Shown here piece after piece: positions 26,417 through 38,342 of a stretch of DNA of 64,000 nucleotides (position 1 is its first letter; each line of letters begins with the position of its first letter). This stretch comes from Squalus acanthias (taxonomy: Eukaryota): positions 55,182,001-55,246,000 of the forward strand of contig CM059432.1 of the NCBI GenBank assembly GCA_030390025.1. Direction: 5' to 3'. The notes below the pieces were generated by a model. The model was not told where the DNA came from. It saw only the letters and a list, made by a program, of their open reading frames with translations, and made no database searches. The position numbers and the translations under genes were made by a program.

Positions 26417-26810
26417 ATAGTGTCCAGGTAACGCTCCCCCTCCCTAATGTGTCGCAGTGTCTGAAGCTCGGACTCCAGCTCATCAACTCTGAGCTGAAGT
26501 TCCTCGAGCAGCCAAAATTTGCTGCAGATGTGGTCGCCCTGGACCTCAATGGTGTCCACGAGCTCCCACATGCAACAACAACAACACATTGCCTGGTCTC
26601 CCATCTCGACTAATTAATTAGTTTTAAAATTTGGAACACTTATATCTTTTAATCTACACCAAGGCACTTAAATTTAGATGCTCAAGTTTGGAAAAAAAGC
26701 GAGAAATAGAGAAATACTCACCAACCAATCACTCTACCTGCTTTCTGCTGACGTCACACTTCGATTACTTTTTACTTCTTTACACTCACCGGTCCTTTGT
26801 ATCTCAGCTG

Positions 26811-27204
26811 CTCCCACTGCTTTTGAACTCTCCCGGGTTTTAGCGCTCTCGCTCTGCTCCCGCTGCTTTTGAACTCTCCCGGGTTTTGGCGCTCTCGCTC
26901 TGCTCCCACTGCTTTTGAACTCTCCCGGGTTTTGGCGCTCTCGCTCTGCTCCCACTGCTTTTGAACTCTCCCGGGTTTTGGCGCTCTCGCTCTGCTCCCG
27001 CTGCTTTTGAACTCTCCCGGGTTTTGGCGCTCTCGCTCTGCTCCCGCTGCTTTTGAACTCTCCCGGGTTTTGGCGCTTTCGCTCTGCTCCCGCTGCTTTT
27101 GAACTCTCCCGGGTTTTGGCGCTCTCGCTCTGCTCCCACTGCTTTTGAACTCTCCCGGGTTTTGGCGCTCTCGCTCTGCTCCCACTGCTTTTGAACTCTC
27201 CCGG
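26811..27204. repeat. 46-bp tandem array (~8.5 copies) forming the 5' end of the full-length CR1
   Basis: Unit ctcccgctgcttttgaactctcccgggttttggcgctctcgctctg. The array ends at the putative TSD. Confidence 0.92.
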
Positions 27205-27332
27205 GTTACATCATTACAACTAGTATCATTTTATTATTTTCATGATTGGTTCTCAGCTTCTGTTTTTGTTCATCACAACCAGTTGAAGATAACAGCATGC
27301 TTCTGGATTTGATTACACTGACAACCAAATAA

Positions 27333-27427
27333 GATGAAGGGTCCCAGACCTGAAACGTTAACTCTGTTTCTCTCTCCACGGATGCTGCCTGGCCTGCTGA
27401 GTGTTTCCAGCATTTTCTGTTGTTATT
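27333..27427 (+). mobile_element. Penelope-like element terminal fragment
   Basis: gatgaagggtcccagacctgaaacgttaactctgtttctctctccacggatgctgcctggcctgctgag resembles the end of vertebrate Penelope-like repeats (recognised from memory). Confidence 0.55.
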
Positions 27428-27879
27428 TAAGAAGAATTCTCATCCACTTCAGGGCCAATTTTCTAATTGCAAGCTCATTGCACAGCCTTAACCGCTGAGA
27501 GCACATATTGGGAAATCATTGGTGTGCTCCCCATGATTTCTCACTCATTAGCTTTAATGGACACAAAATCGTGGGGAGAGTGCCTGCAATTTCCTGATGC
27601 ATTACCAGAGGGCAAGGCTTTACACTGGGTGAGAACATTTCTGCTCCACTCTCCAGATAGCATAGAAATTAGAGTACAACATTAACATAAGCAGAAATTC
27701 TCCTGTGTGCTATTTTTAAACCTATTGATTATCATATGAGATTTCTGTCATTAATTGAGTTTTTTAAAAAGCTACTAGAAATTAAGACAGGTGTGTAGCT
27801 TGCATATGCAAATAATATCGAAAAGGCTGAAGAAAGTTAGCTAAAGGTGAAGCAATGGTGGACTGGGAGACCTGGAGAC

Positions 27880-28026
27880 CAATGTTCCCATTAAGCTGCG
27901 GTCTGGATCTCCCGTGCAGGCCGCTCAGTGGCTTTTAAATGGAAAAACCGCGCATGCACGGAAATTTGAATGGCCCACCAGCCCATTAAAGGGGCCACGT
28001 ACCCCCCAAAAAAAGAGGGAACATTG
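27880..28026. mobile_element. 147-bp hAT MITE
   Basis: TIR CAATGTTCCC / GGGAACATTG. Perfect 8-bp TSD CTGGAGAC. Confidence 0.88.
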
Positions 28027-28715
28027 CTGGAGACCTTCTCAAAAGGGTGACCATTAAAGGAATGAGCGAAAGCAATACTGGAGTCTGAGGAATCTCTTTC
28101 ATCACTGCTACAGAGAGGTACTCTTGCCCCTACAACAACTGCAGGAATGGGGAAAGCAACAGTCTGTAGAGGCTAAGGAAGCTTTACCTGAGAGTGAGAC
28201 AAAGAGGTTGCAAGATTGGATTCATGGATTTACTTTATGGCTGGTGATGGTTGCGGGAGAGGTGAATGTTGGGGAAATGCAGTAAGTGCAGTTTCTGATC
28301 TGTGGATGAGCACTGAATTCAAAACATACTTCAGGACTAACCAGAAATTGAGAAAATTAATTTGGACAAATCTGAATTAATTCCATTTTAATTACATTTG
28401 GATTGGGGTAAAGCAGTAGTTTGCACTTTAATTCAAATGTTCAGTTCTCACTAAAAGTTATAATTGCTCCATCTAAGAGTCTCGTGGGAATGTGGAAGAA
28501 TGTCATTCAACCCACACGTAAAGGCTGAAACTAGAAAATACCATTAAAATGGAAAATGATTAGATTCACATAATCTGGTTGTATAAAGCAAAATGATCGT
28601 ACCTCAGGCTTCTCTTTGAAAAAACTGTGACTCAGTCAGTACACTTCATGGAGCTGATTTTCGTAGCCCCAACACCCTCTATGACCAGGTCACCACTCTG
28701 TTTGTATATGACACA

Positions 28716-29480
28716 TAGGGAGAAATTCCCCTCGAGCCCCGTTTGGGGCACTAAATCAGAAAAGCTGGAAAAGTTAGTGCCAGGCGCTAACCTCTTCCAG
28801 CCACTCTGAAATTCCCATTTTTTGCTCCAAGAGGGAAGTGGAGCACTAAATCAAGTGCTCCACTTCCTTCTTGGAGCGCAAGAGGAGGGGAAGTTCATGA
28901 TCCAGGGCGCACCCGGGGCGACGTGCTCAGCAACACCATGAGTGACCAAGCGTGGTGCTGATGCATTGCAGGGGCTCTTCCCTGAATTAAAGGGAAGGGC
29001 CCCACGCTGCGAACTCTGCTGTTTTTTAAAAACTTATCTGGACCACCGGGGAGCGGGGGTGCCGTGCGATCAGCCCGGCATTCAAGCAGAGTGCCGGGCT
29101 GACCAATCGTGGCACGGACCCCGCGTCCGGAGGCGCAAAAAAAAAAGTTTTAAAAAAATCAGACTTTTTTTCAGGGCGGCCGGCCACCTCACCTTTAACT
29201 TCCGCCCCGCTAGCGACCGGCTGCCCTGATTGCATCCCCTGCAGCAGTCGCTGCCATCACCCGGCGCTGCTGCAGGGGGCGAAGGGGAATTTTTGTGCCG
29301 GGCGATGCGCCCAGAGATGACGTCACGATCTCCTAGCACATGAGATCGGGGCGATACCCAGTAGCACCGCCGCTAACCTCCTGCGGAATTTGGCGGGAGG
29401 CGCAGACAGCGCCGCGCCTGGGCGAAAAGGCCTTTGCGTTCCATTAGCGCCCCCCCACGGGAGGTGCAAAGGAGGGGAAT
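28716..29480. mobile_element. Degenerate Harbinger-type MITE, apparently inside a smaller MITE (~28650-29537)
   Basis: Left end gggagaaattcccc, right end ggaggggaat with a clipped TIR. TAGCGCC/GGCGCTA-rich and resembles the reverse complement of 15113-15844. Confidence 0.6.
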
Positions 29481-30859
29481 GTGTGCAAAAAGTGCACCGC
29501 CCTACTCATGCTGGGGCAAGGGGGAGGAAATCAGCCCTGTTTATCTTTAATTCAGAATGAAACGAGCTGTAATGAATAAGATGCTGTTGCTCCCAGAATC
29601 CTTCTCTGTTGCCAGTGGAGCATCAGACCACAGTCTGCAGGTCTGGCAGAAGCTTTCATTTAAATCAGACTAACGCTCCAACAGTTTCGATCATTGCACT
29701 TTTGGCTGGTACTGAAAACACATGTCAGAGTATCAGCAATTTTGTTTTGATCTCCCCTTCTGTACCAATGAATGGAAGGTTCTAGTGTTTGCTGCAACTG
29801 CAAAACAGAAAATCACATGACATTTTTGAAATGCTCCCTTTGCCACCAGATGAGGACACCTGGGTGAGGACATCAAACATCTGTTTCCATTTTGCTTAGG
29901 AGGAATGCCAAATGTGTGAGCTATTACAGGAATAGCAACCTTCCATTACACAGACTGTTAGTTCTGGACCACTGTCAGCTCGCCTTCATGTTTTTTTTGT
30001 AGGGTTTTTGGCATCTCCAGAGTTCTGCCACACAGCAAGAAAAATGATTCTTACGACAGCCAGGCTTCTGGAAAAAAGAGAAATGATCGGCTGGAATCGA
30101 CCCATTACTGTTGTTATGATACCCATGACTCGCCAACATGTTTCACAGAAACAAAACAAATAAATCAGGCAGAATAGCTGGGTCTGGAGCACAGGTGGTC
30201 GAGTAATATAGTAATGTAATAATCTGTGGCATGCAAGAAACACATGCGTCAGCTTGTCAGAAGAAAAAATACTTCAGTTAAATGATAGCTTGCACAATGT
30301 AACTCAAAAATAATTTCACTAATTTCACTCACAGTCTGCACTTATAAATATTTAGTGGGAACTAAAATCAGAACTATATTGTTCAAAAAAAATTAAAATC
30401 TGTATTTTACCCATTTTTACTTGGGACTGGGGGGGGCGGTTTATGAAATCATTGTAAAATAGAGATTCAACTGAGTGAGAAACCAAAGCACTAATAAAAT
30501 TGTCCCACAACGAATACTACTACTCATTCATTCAATCTAAGTCTTTGTTTTGTGTATTTTTTAGACAATTACATCACCTTCCTTAGAATTATTTCCATCT
30601 TGAGTTTAGCACTTCATTTTTAATCATCATACTGAATGTACTCTGGATAAGAAAAGGCCATCATGCCCACACACGCTTGCCTCACTTCTTCCAGGACACA
30701 TCACCAAACCCTGACCCCCCACCCCCCCGCATAGGATCAGTAGCCAATGCAGGAAATCTGTCAAATATTCCTGTCCACACCTCAGAGGCAATCAGACAAG
30801 CCCCAGGAGGCCTCAATCCATTGGTTGTTACCCAAAATCTTACCTTCTTTCCGCTGCAA

Positions 30860-32440
30860 TACCATAGTTTTCCAAAAATGCGTTAAAAATGTTCCTAAAG
30901 GACTGCAAGAAGTCATTCCTAAATACCACCTCGGGAATGCTATTCCACAATTCAATCACTCTCTGACAAAAATAAATCTTCCACACATTCAACCTCACTA
31001 CCTGCTTCCTCAGTTTAAATATATGGCCCCTTGTTCTACCCAGCTCCATCATCTCAAACAATCTATCCACTTGTATGTTATTGATGCCCTTAATAACTTT
31101 AAAGACCTGAATTAGATCGTCTCTAAGGGGGCGATTTTGCCAGCCCTGGGGAGGCGGATATGGAGGCGAGACTGCCGGGAAAATGGTAAAATTTGGGGGT
31201 GGGTGCCCAACCCGCCTCCATGCCATCTTCCCAGGAGGCGGGTAGCCGTCCCGCACCAGGTCCCGTCTCCTTGGAGGCGGGAAGGGATTAAAGCCTATTA
31301 ACTGCCTGTTAACAGGTAGTTAACAAGCAGAAAATAGGATTATCCCCTTTTTGCCCTCACAAGTGCGGGCTTCCCGAAGGCTCCGAAACCCGCCAGCTCA
31401 GCGAGGCGAGTACTGGGTCTGTGGGGGTCGGGGGGGTGCCAAAGTGTGGTGTGAAGGTAAGTGATGGGTGCAAGAGCGGAAAGGTGAGTATCTGAGGTAA
31501 GTGCAAAGTGTTAGTAAAAGAGTACTTACCTTTGTTTGTCCCTGCAGGCTTCAGTCGGTTTGTATGCGAAGAGTCTCGGACCTCCGCGTTGCAGATGAGA
31601 GATGGCCATTGCATTCTCAGATGCAACAACCATCTCATTTCTGTAAAAGAAAGAAGGTTGATGAGGTCTTGAATTCAAGACCTCATCAAACTACAGAGAA
31701 TGTCACTGTTTGACAGCTTCACAGAGCTGTCAAATGATGACAATTCATCTGTCAAAAATTTTTGACAGATGAAATGTCATACGTTGGCGTTCTCTGCAAC
31801 CAGCTTTCCCTTAATTGGCCAATCAAGGGAAAATACCGTGGGTTGGCCACAAATTGATGGAGGCGGGACATCGACCCGCCAAGCGGCAGTCCCGCCTCCA
31901 ACGCGCCCCCATTAACAAAATCGCCCCTAAGTCACACTTCTCCAGCGATTCCAAACCCAAAGCACAAAGGTCTATCGCCATAACTCAATGCACCTAGGCC
32001 AAACCATCCTCATTACCCTTGTTTGCACCTTCTCTAGAGCCACAATATCCTCGGTGAGGTGGAGGGACCAAAAAGGTACACAATCCTCCAGATGAGGTCT
32101 CACCAAACCATTATATAGCCCTACAATCGGCCCTGTGCACAAATTGGCTGCTGCGTTTCCTACATTACAACAGTGACTACACTTCAAAAAGTAGTTCATT
32201 GACTGTAAAGCACTTTGGGACGTAAGGTGGTCGTGAAAGGTGCTATATAAATGCAAGTCTTTTCTTTCTAGTTTAATACTGAACAGTCTAGGCAATATGG
32301 CTTTGGCCGCAGCCATCTGAAACTGCCCATGAATCTTTAGGGAGCAGTCAATGACCACTCCCAACTCTCTCCCTTTTGGTCACCTTTAACCTGCACCCAC
32401 TCATGTTATACTCTGTACCTGAATTCTGCACAACTATATG
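30860..32440 (-). mobile_element. Old CR1 3' fragment interrupted by a MITE and a SINE/L2 tail (~32130-32265)
   Basis: DLIQVFK...RTRGH...FCQRVIELWNS and LVRPHLEDCVPFWS motifs. Confidence 0.75.
31127..31927. mobile_element. Harbinger-type MITE inserted into a CR1 fragment
   Basis: TIRs GGGGCGATTTTG / CAAAATCGCCCC. TSD TAA/TAA. Confidence 0.85.
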
Positions 32441-33063
32441 CATAACAATGATCAGCGCCTTTATCCACTGAATCTGTGAAGGGAGACCCACTAAGAAAAG
32501 GACAGCTTCTGTTGAATTTGTGAGCCTTGCTTTGTGGAGTGTTTTAGGGGTAAAAATTCAGTTGGTTGCGCCTCCCGTTAGCGCCTTAAGAGGGCGCTAA
32601 TGGGGCGCAAAGCCGCTAACGCCCGGGCGCAGCGATGTTTGCGCCGCTCGGGAACTTAACTAGAGATTGTGCGGCGGCGCTAAAACTTACCGCTGCGACC
32701 ACCTGCGCGCACAGATTGTGACGTCATTCCATGGTGCAACGCCCTTGTGGCGCCCCGGAGCGGAAATTGAGTGGTGCCCCCTGCCTTACCGCCTGGCGCA
32801 TCCAACGACCGGAAGACTGGAACGCTATCAATCGCTGTGGGGCTGGGGGGGGCGCTATTTAAAGGGGGCCTCTTCCTGTCTTTTTCTGTGGTCGACATTT
32901 TTGCACCACTCGTTCTGAGAGAGAGAGAGAGAGAGAGATTCGGAGAGAGAGAAAGAGAGACTTCTGCATTGACTCAACGCTTTGTGAGGTAGTTTTGCCG
33001 ACTGATCCTAACTTCGCTGGTACTTTAGTTGCTGTCCTTCATTACTTTGCTTGCAAAGAGAAT

Positions 33064-34224
33064 ATGGGGGCTGCACTGATTGGGGGCGTCGTCCTGCTCC
33101 AGCTGAATCGGAGGATACAGAGACGCAGAGAGAGAGTGGCAATGATGGCCAGACGGAGGAGGGCCAACAGGCGTATGTACAGGAGAGCTTACCCTCCCAG
33201 GGTATATCGTGAACAGCTCTCCTACATTCATATGTCTGAGGAGCTGTGTTTGCGAAGGCTGCGATTCAGCAAGGAGGTGGTCACTGAGCTCTGCCACCTG
33301 CTGCAGCCAGATCTGCAGCCTCAACTGAGGTCCAGGACATCTCTGTCGGTGGCAGTGAAGGTCACAGTGGCTCTCAACTTTTACGCTACTGGCTCATTTC
33401 AAGCTGCTGCTGGGGACCTCGCCAATATCTCCCAGTTCGCGGTGCATTGCTGCATCCGGCAGGTCACAAATGCCCTCTTTAAAAGGAGACGAGAGTTCAT
33501 CTCTTTCCCCATGACCCCAGACAAGCAGCGTGACCGCGCTCTGGGCTTTGCGAGGGTAGCGGGCTTCCCCATGGTGCAGGGCGCCATTGACTGCACGCAT
33601 GTGGCTTTGCGTGCTCCGCATCAGAATGCCGAGGAATTCCGGAACAGAAAGGGGTTCCATTCCTTGAATGTTCAGTTGGTCTGTGACCACAGACAGCTGA
33701 TACTCGCTGTCAATGCCCACTATCCTGGCAGCTGCCACGATGCTTTTATTCTGCGCCAGACTACTGTGGCAGAACTTTTCGAGGCACCGCATCAGCCAGT
33801 CGGTTGGCTTCTCGGGGACAAGGGGTATGCATTGAGCACCTGGCTGATGACACCGCTCCGTACGCCCAACACCCCTGCTGAGCTGCGGTACAATGAGAGC
33901 CATCAAGCTACCAGGAACATAATTGAGCGCACAATCGGCGTGCTGAAGCAACGGTTCCGCTGTCTCGACCATTCTGGAGGAGCCCTGCAGTACTCGCCTG
34001 AGCGAGTATCCAACTTCGTAGTCGTGTGCTGCATGTTGCATAACATGGCAATCCTCAGGACCCAGCCAATGCCACCAGGCCTTGGAGCACCACCAGAGGA
34101 GGAGGAGGAAGAGGAGGAAGAGGACGAGGAGGATGATCATCAGCAGCACCAAGGCGGGAGGGCGGCCCACAATGGTCAAACTGCAAGGGCCGTCCATCAA
34201 CGGCTAATAGCAAGCCGCTTCTAG
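33064..34224 (+). CDS. Harbinger DDE transposase (HARBI1-like), intact, 386 aa from the first ATG
   Basis: Uninterrupted ORF with an HTH region (VTVALNFYATGSFQ) and the catalytic motifs GAIDCTHV, LLGDKGY and IERTIGVLKQRFRCL, followed by CCMLHN and an acidic tail. Confidence 0.93.
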   Translation: MGAALIGGVVLLQLNRRIQRRRERVAMMARRRRANRRMYRRAYPPRVYREQLSYIHMSEELCLRRLRFSKEVVTELCHLLQPDLQPQLRSRTSLSVAVKVTVALNFYATGSFQAAAGDLANISQFAVHCCIRQVTNALFKRRREFISFPMTPDKQRDRALGFARVAGFPMVQGAIDCTHVALRAPHQNAEEFRNRKGFHSLNVQLVCDHRQLILAVNAHYPGSCHDAFILRQTTVAELFEAPHQPVGWLLGDKGYALSTWLMTPLRTPNTPAELRYNESHQATRNIIERTIGVLKQRFRCLDHSGGALQYSPERVSNFVVVCCMLHNMAILRTQPMPPGLGAPPEEEEEEEEEDEEDDHQQHQGGRAAHNGQTARAVHQRLIASRF

Positions 34225-34536
34225 GGCCCCTGCTGTGGAAATGGCTTCTGCCATTGCTAACAACATTAATGAACCCAGCACGCAACCCCTAAGCCGGCCA
34301 AGGCACCAATAATTCCAACCACCAACCATGTATATTTTGAATACAGAAACTTATTTATTTTACAAACTCTGTGTGTGTCAATTCCTCATGACAAACTCAT
34401 AGAAATAAACACAAAAAAACAGTCAATAACATAACTGGTTCTCACAACCTGGAGATAATGTCCAAAACACTAAACAAAAGTTGGACCATGAACCTCGACC
34501 TTTAATAAAAAAATGACCAGCATTTTGTCACACCTC

Positions 34537-36356
34537 CTACTTTTTGCCCTTCGAGGGTGATCTCCTTCCCTTGCGCACTTCCCCCCTTCTAACCCTACTG
34601 CTCCTCCGTAATGGGACCTCAGTGGCTGCAGCAAGGCTGGTGGAAGGCTGCTGCTCGTCAGACCCTGACACTGCAGATGCCCCTGAAGGACGGCCTCGAC
34701 CAGTTCTGGGCCTGGAGGGCCCGGCTGCAGACTGCACCAACTCTGCATGGGCGGCAGCAGTCTGTCCTACAGGCGGTGGCAAGTGCAGTGGAGAAGTGAC
34801 AGTGTTGGCAGCAGGAATGCTGTCATCGTGAGAGAGGACAGCAACTCCCTGCTCGCCCGACACACTGGCACTCCCACGGGGCAGCACTTCAGCATCCGGA
34901 GCAATCTGCTGGAGAACAGATTGCTGGCCTGCTGCGGCGCGGTGACAGCTCCGGGGACATGTGCACGAACCATCGAGGTTGGCAGCAGTCTGTGCTTGCG
35001 TGGCCTCAATCTGAGTCTGCATGAGAGCAGTCAGAGATGGGATCACGGCAGCCAGTGACTGAATTGCAGCACTAAGCGTTAGTGTGGCATCCGCCTGTGC
35101 TACAGCGAAGTGCTCCACACTCCTTGCCAGTGACTCAATGCATTCGGGCACCCTTCCCACTGCACCCATGAGCTCAGTGTGCATGCCCACCGCCTGGGTG
35201 TTCATTTCTGCGATCAGCCGCTCCTCCTCTGCGTCCATTGCAGTAGGAGTGTCTGGCATACTCTCCCTCTGGGGAGAAGGCCCCCGTTCTTCCCTACCCC
35301 CATGGCGTTGCTGCAGCCCGCTGGGTCCTGGAGCTTCACCCTCATCAGACCCTTCCTCCCTGCTCCCCTCCAGGGAAGGCGTGTTCCCAGTGTGGGCATG
35401 GGCTTCCTCGGGAGAGGGTGGCACTGATGCTCCGGCTTCCTCTTCCTCCTCGGCTGCAGCATCACTCCCAGTGGCAGCTTCAGGGCCCGTCTCCTCAGCT
35501 GGTGAATCACCATCTGAAAGCAGGGAGGTACAAGAGTGGCTTTAGCGTGAGGACAGGGTGGCAGTAAGGGAGGAATAAGTGCAGCGAGTTAGCAAGTTGG
35601 ATTGAAAGTGTCAAAGGCTGGTGTTGTGAGGGACAAGTGGAAGGACAGAGGACAAAAAGGTGATGACCTTACCATTGCTGTCCACAACGGGGTCGGCGTC
35701 TCCAGTGGCGACGGGACCGATCACCCGGCTTGCCACAATCCTGTGGACGCGCTCCTCAAGATCGCTGAGGGGTTGCAGCTGAGGCCGCCCTCCACCTGTC
35801 CGTTGCTGCTGTCTCCTATTATGCGCCAGCTTGGCCTGCAAGAAAAAGGACAGCATCTGAGTAAATATACAGCCATGGTCTTGCCTGATGTGCCTCCCAT
35901 AGGTGAATAGCCCTTACTGTATGCAGCCATGGTCTTGCCTGATGTGCCTCCCATAGGTGAATAGCCCTTACTGTATGCAAAGTGTGGAATGTGTGTGTGT
36001 GTTTCATGAAAGGGCCATAGGTGTTGGATGAGTGTTGTGCATTGGGGTTTTAAGACCCTCTGGCCATAGAGTGAGGTTGAGATGGAGGGATGGAGAGGTA
36101 TTGAGAAAAAGCCACTCACCCTGACGACCCGAGTGAGGTCGTTGAACTTTTTGCGGCATTGAGTATGGGTCCTGGGCACCATGCTCCTGGAGGAGACGCT
36201 CTGAGCCACCTCCCTCCACACTCTTCTGAACTCGCGTGGCAAAGGCCTCCTGCCACTCTCAGGGAAGAGCATACATCTTCTGCGCTCCACCGCGCCAACC
36301 AGAGCATCCAAGGCCCGCTCGGTGAAGCGATGAGCTCGTTCTCTCACCTTCTCCAT
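34537..36356 (-). CDS. Harbinger Myb/SANT-like DNA-binding partner protein, 3 exons (36356-36120, 35835-35673, 35513-34537), predicted 458 aa
   Basis: Exon 1 MEKVRERAHRFTERALDALV...WREVAQSV...RTHTQCRKKFNDLTRVVR is a NAIF1/MSANTD-type Myb domain. Canonical gtgagt/ttgcag and gtaagg/tttcag junctions. Exon lengths 237+163+977=1377 nt give one open frame to TAG. Exon 2 carries the family TGGG motif. Confidence 0.85.
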
Positions 36357-38342
36357 CCTTGGCAGCAAAATGGATTCACAGGTCTCTCCAGGCCGAGATT
36401 CAAGGCTGCAATGAGCAGGGTGTGGCTGGGGAGCAAGTTGGCCCCCCCCCGCTTTAAGAAGTGGCCGGCGCCAGTGTGTCTGTGTTCCCTCGCTAACTGG
36501 CAGCAGCTGTGCTGCGCTCGCGCGCTGAGTTAGCGCCTCACTGCTCGGCCTTTGCGCCTTAAGACAGGTGTGCAGCGCCTGATTTAGCGCCCCACTCACC
36601 TCCCGGGGCGGTAAAAGTGAAGTTTCCAGTCAGTGCCGATAATTAGCGCCAGGCGCTAATATTTGCGTCCAGACGATATTTGCGCCCCAAATGGGGCGCG
36701 ACCTAATTTTTCCCCCTTAGTGTTTGGAGAGGATGATGATCAAGCAAAGTTTTGCACATGTGACCTGAGAGTTGCTTAATTAGAAATTGTAATATTTCAA
36801 ATGTAACATTAAGGTACCAAATGTACTGAGTGTAACAATCTATGATCCATCCAAAAGAAGGCACCTGGAGTAATGGAAAAGGTCCTCTGTTTACGACCAG
36901 GACGTATCTCTTATCTCTGCCTTGCCTATATAAGCCCTAGTTCCATGTCCTGATTCTACAAAAATACAAATGGGCCTCTGCTGGCCTGGGCTTGCCCCCT
37001 CGGCTTTGCCTTCTCTCCCAGGACCTACCTGTAGGCTGGCTCGGGGCTGAGATTCGTCAGACCGTGATCGGTGCGTTGCATCAGAGCGCCTGTTTGGTGC
37101 CCGCAGCTCACCACTTTTATTCAAATAAAGCCCAAGACCAAATTTGGCTTGGGCTTCAGGCCGGCATGGACCGGCACCGCTCTGTCTTGCCACCCATTTT
37201 GAGGAGAAGTCTAATTTCTCCCCTGCAGTATTTGATTAACCTTTCTACCATGCCCTTGCCGTCATCTATAATTCTGTCTAAGTCACCTTACAATGGTCCA
37301 TTTGTTCTCTGACCAACCTCTGTCTCCTAACAGAAGCAAAAAATACTTCCCCATTATTTTCACCAGGTTCAATTACCCTCCATACTAGATTCATTTTAGC
37401 TTACCTAATGTTTTTTCTGTTAATTCCTTTTTATAACTTTCTCCATCCAAAATGCAATTCAAATAAATTTTTTTGAATGTAAGGCTGGTAATTTCCTTGG
37501 AGCCGCTCCCGCTCCGCCGCCGTAACTTCACTGGACCACCACACTTCCGCCAATGTTATAGTGGTGGAGCAGGAGCACCTCTGAGGAAATTCCCGGCGTA
37601 AGTTGCCTAACTAAGTTCCTATAAGGCCAGTCTGGCTTTTCCTTATCACAAACTCTTCTCCTCATAGGGATATATATGACTTCACAACATCGCAGGATTC
37701 CTTTGCGTGCTGCAATAATCCTCACCCAGCTCCCTCTCCCATGATTTGTCTATCTTTATTTCTGTAGAATGAAAGCGAACAGCAGCCTGGCAGCATCAGT
37801 TTCAGAGATTACTGTGCCTGTACAATCATTCCTTTGATAAGTCAGATCTGTCAATTTGTTGTAAGTCTTTCCAATCTCTTTAATTGAGAAAGACAAATAA
37901 AGTTAAGGCCCATAATGCAAGGCTCCCATGAAGGCTGAAAAGAATAGAAGAGAAGGCAAGATAAATCAGGAAATACTGATTAGGTAACAACATGCTTGGA
38001 TTTTAGAAGCCTGTTGATTATTAGGGAAGGAAAGACTGAAGGAGCTAACTAGTTCCATAGTTTTCAGGCCCAAGGCAAACAATGAGTTAAAGCTACTGAA
38101 CTACATCTCTCAGGTGTTGCAGGAAATGTGCCTCCTGTTATTGAGTGACAGAAAGACACTGGTTTTGGAAGTCACAGGGAAACATATGAGCTGTTCACTC
38201 ATTCCGCCTGTTAGCGATTCATAAGGTAAGGAGCCGAGTGATGGAACAAATAAACAAGACGTAAAAACATCTGATGAAGGTCAATAATGTGCTTGTTGTG
38301 GTGTGACACATTTACTCATTCTGCCTTCCTTGATTGTTCCAG

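Larger units (their letters stand above)
21669..27204 (-). mobile_element. Full-length CR1 LINE (ORF1 zinc finger/coiled coil plus SGNH esterase; ORF2 APE plus RT)
   Basis: ORF1 26604-24748 has GDS, VGTND and DGLH motifs and is split by a MITE. ORF2 ~24703-21756 has [31 protein letters not shown] and FADD, with three frameshifts. (TTCTTATG)n tail. Flanking GTTACAT at 21662-21668 and 27205-27211. Confidence 0.93.
32547..36716. mobile_element. Structurally complete autonomous PIF/Harbinger DNA transposon (4170 bp)
   Basis: TIRs GGGGTAAAAATT / AATTTTTCCCCC (11/12 match). 3-bp TSD TTA at 32544-32546 and 36717-36719. Two convergent genes (transposase +, Myb/SANT -). CpG-rich subterminal regions. 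Confidence 0.95.

Noticed and set aside
32995..33063. N-terminal extension of the transposase in the ORF track
   Set aside because: It starts at TTG. The first ATG at 33064 (atggggg) is conserved in the second element at 47120.
33064..34224. Domesticated host gene HARBI1 (and NAIF1 for the partner)
   Set aside because: Both genes lie between TIRs with a TSD and have decayed paralogues and MITE derivatives in the same window, so they are transposon genes and no host symbol is assigned.
1726..38342. COLEC12 transmembrane exon
   Set aside because: I scanned the unique stretches by eye and found no convincing hydrophobic exon with splice sites. It is probably upstream of the window, but a TBLASTN with an orthologue would settle it.
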